From: Leucoraja erinacea
Lineage: Eukaryota
DNA length: 64,000 nucleotides
Reading direction: 5' to 3'
Assembly (NCBI RefSeq): GCF_028641065.1
Contig: NC_073387.1
Span: 13,826,001 to 13,890,000 of the forward strand
The position numbers and the translations under genes are program-made. This document shows positions 63,656-64,000 of this stretch, piece by piece. The notes under the pieces are model-generated. The model had not been told where the DNA came from and did not search any database. It saw only the letters and a list, made by a program, of their open reading frames with translations. The stretch's first letter is position 1; each line of letters opens with the position of its first letter.

Positions 63656-63771
63656 GACACAAAATGCTGGAGTAACTCAGCGGGTGAGGCAGCATCTCTG
63701 GAGAGAAGGGCGACGTTTCGGGTCGAGACCCTTCTTCAGACCAGCATCTGCAGTTCTTTCTTACACATTTT
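63656..63771 (-). mobile_element. Penelope-derived hammerhead element with inversion
   Basis: 14-bp TSD gtcccctgaggaga. Intact minus-strand core ctgaagaagggtctcgacccgaaacgtc. Confidence 0.8.
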
Positions 63772-64000
63772 GTCCCCTGAGGAGATATCTCCTTCCTTTG
63801 TTTGAGCGGTGTCTTCACTGGCCTCCCTTCAATGTCCCGCAGCGGGAGGAATCTAGACTGTGGTTCCCCCCGCCCCCCCAACCCCACATCCACAGATCAC
63901 ACAGGCAACCTTTCCAGCAGGAAACACCAAAAACAGCAATCAGGAACAATTACCCAGGCTTGTTATTCTTCATTGTAGCTTAAACCAATTGTAGGACATC

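Overview
Repeat-rich vertebrate genomic DNA. The repeat content (HE1/V-SINEs, DeuSINE relics, shark-type CR1 LINEs) points to a cartilaginous fish, probably a skate or ray. The only host protein-coding gene I can support is a three-coding-exon FGF1/FGF2-subfamily gene on the + strand (34069-34237, 38943-39046, 48407-48601). Its exons are 169+104+195 nt, giving 155 aa with no signal peptide. It has FGF1 exon geometry but many FGF2-type residues, so it may be a divergent third FGF1/2 paralog. The most striking non-genic signal is roughly 25-30 short elements derived from the 3' end of a Penelope-like (GIY-YIG) retroelement. They carry a minimal hammerhead-ribozyme core (CUGAAGA-A-stemII-GAAA-CG-UC), often as fold-back palindromes with 9-16 bp target-site duplications. 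Also present are non-autonomous Helitrons (including a head-to-tail trimer carrying captured CR1 fragments), hAT, PIF/Harbinger and Tigger-like MITEs, RTE and Rex1 LINE remnants, and CTCF-like motifs. Family names come from motif recognition by eye, not database searches, and the boundaries of old repeats are approximate.
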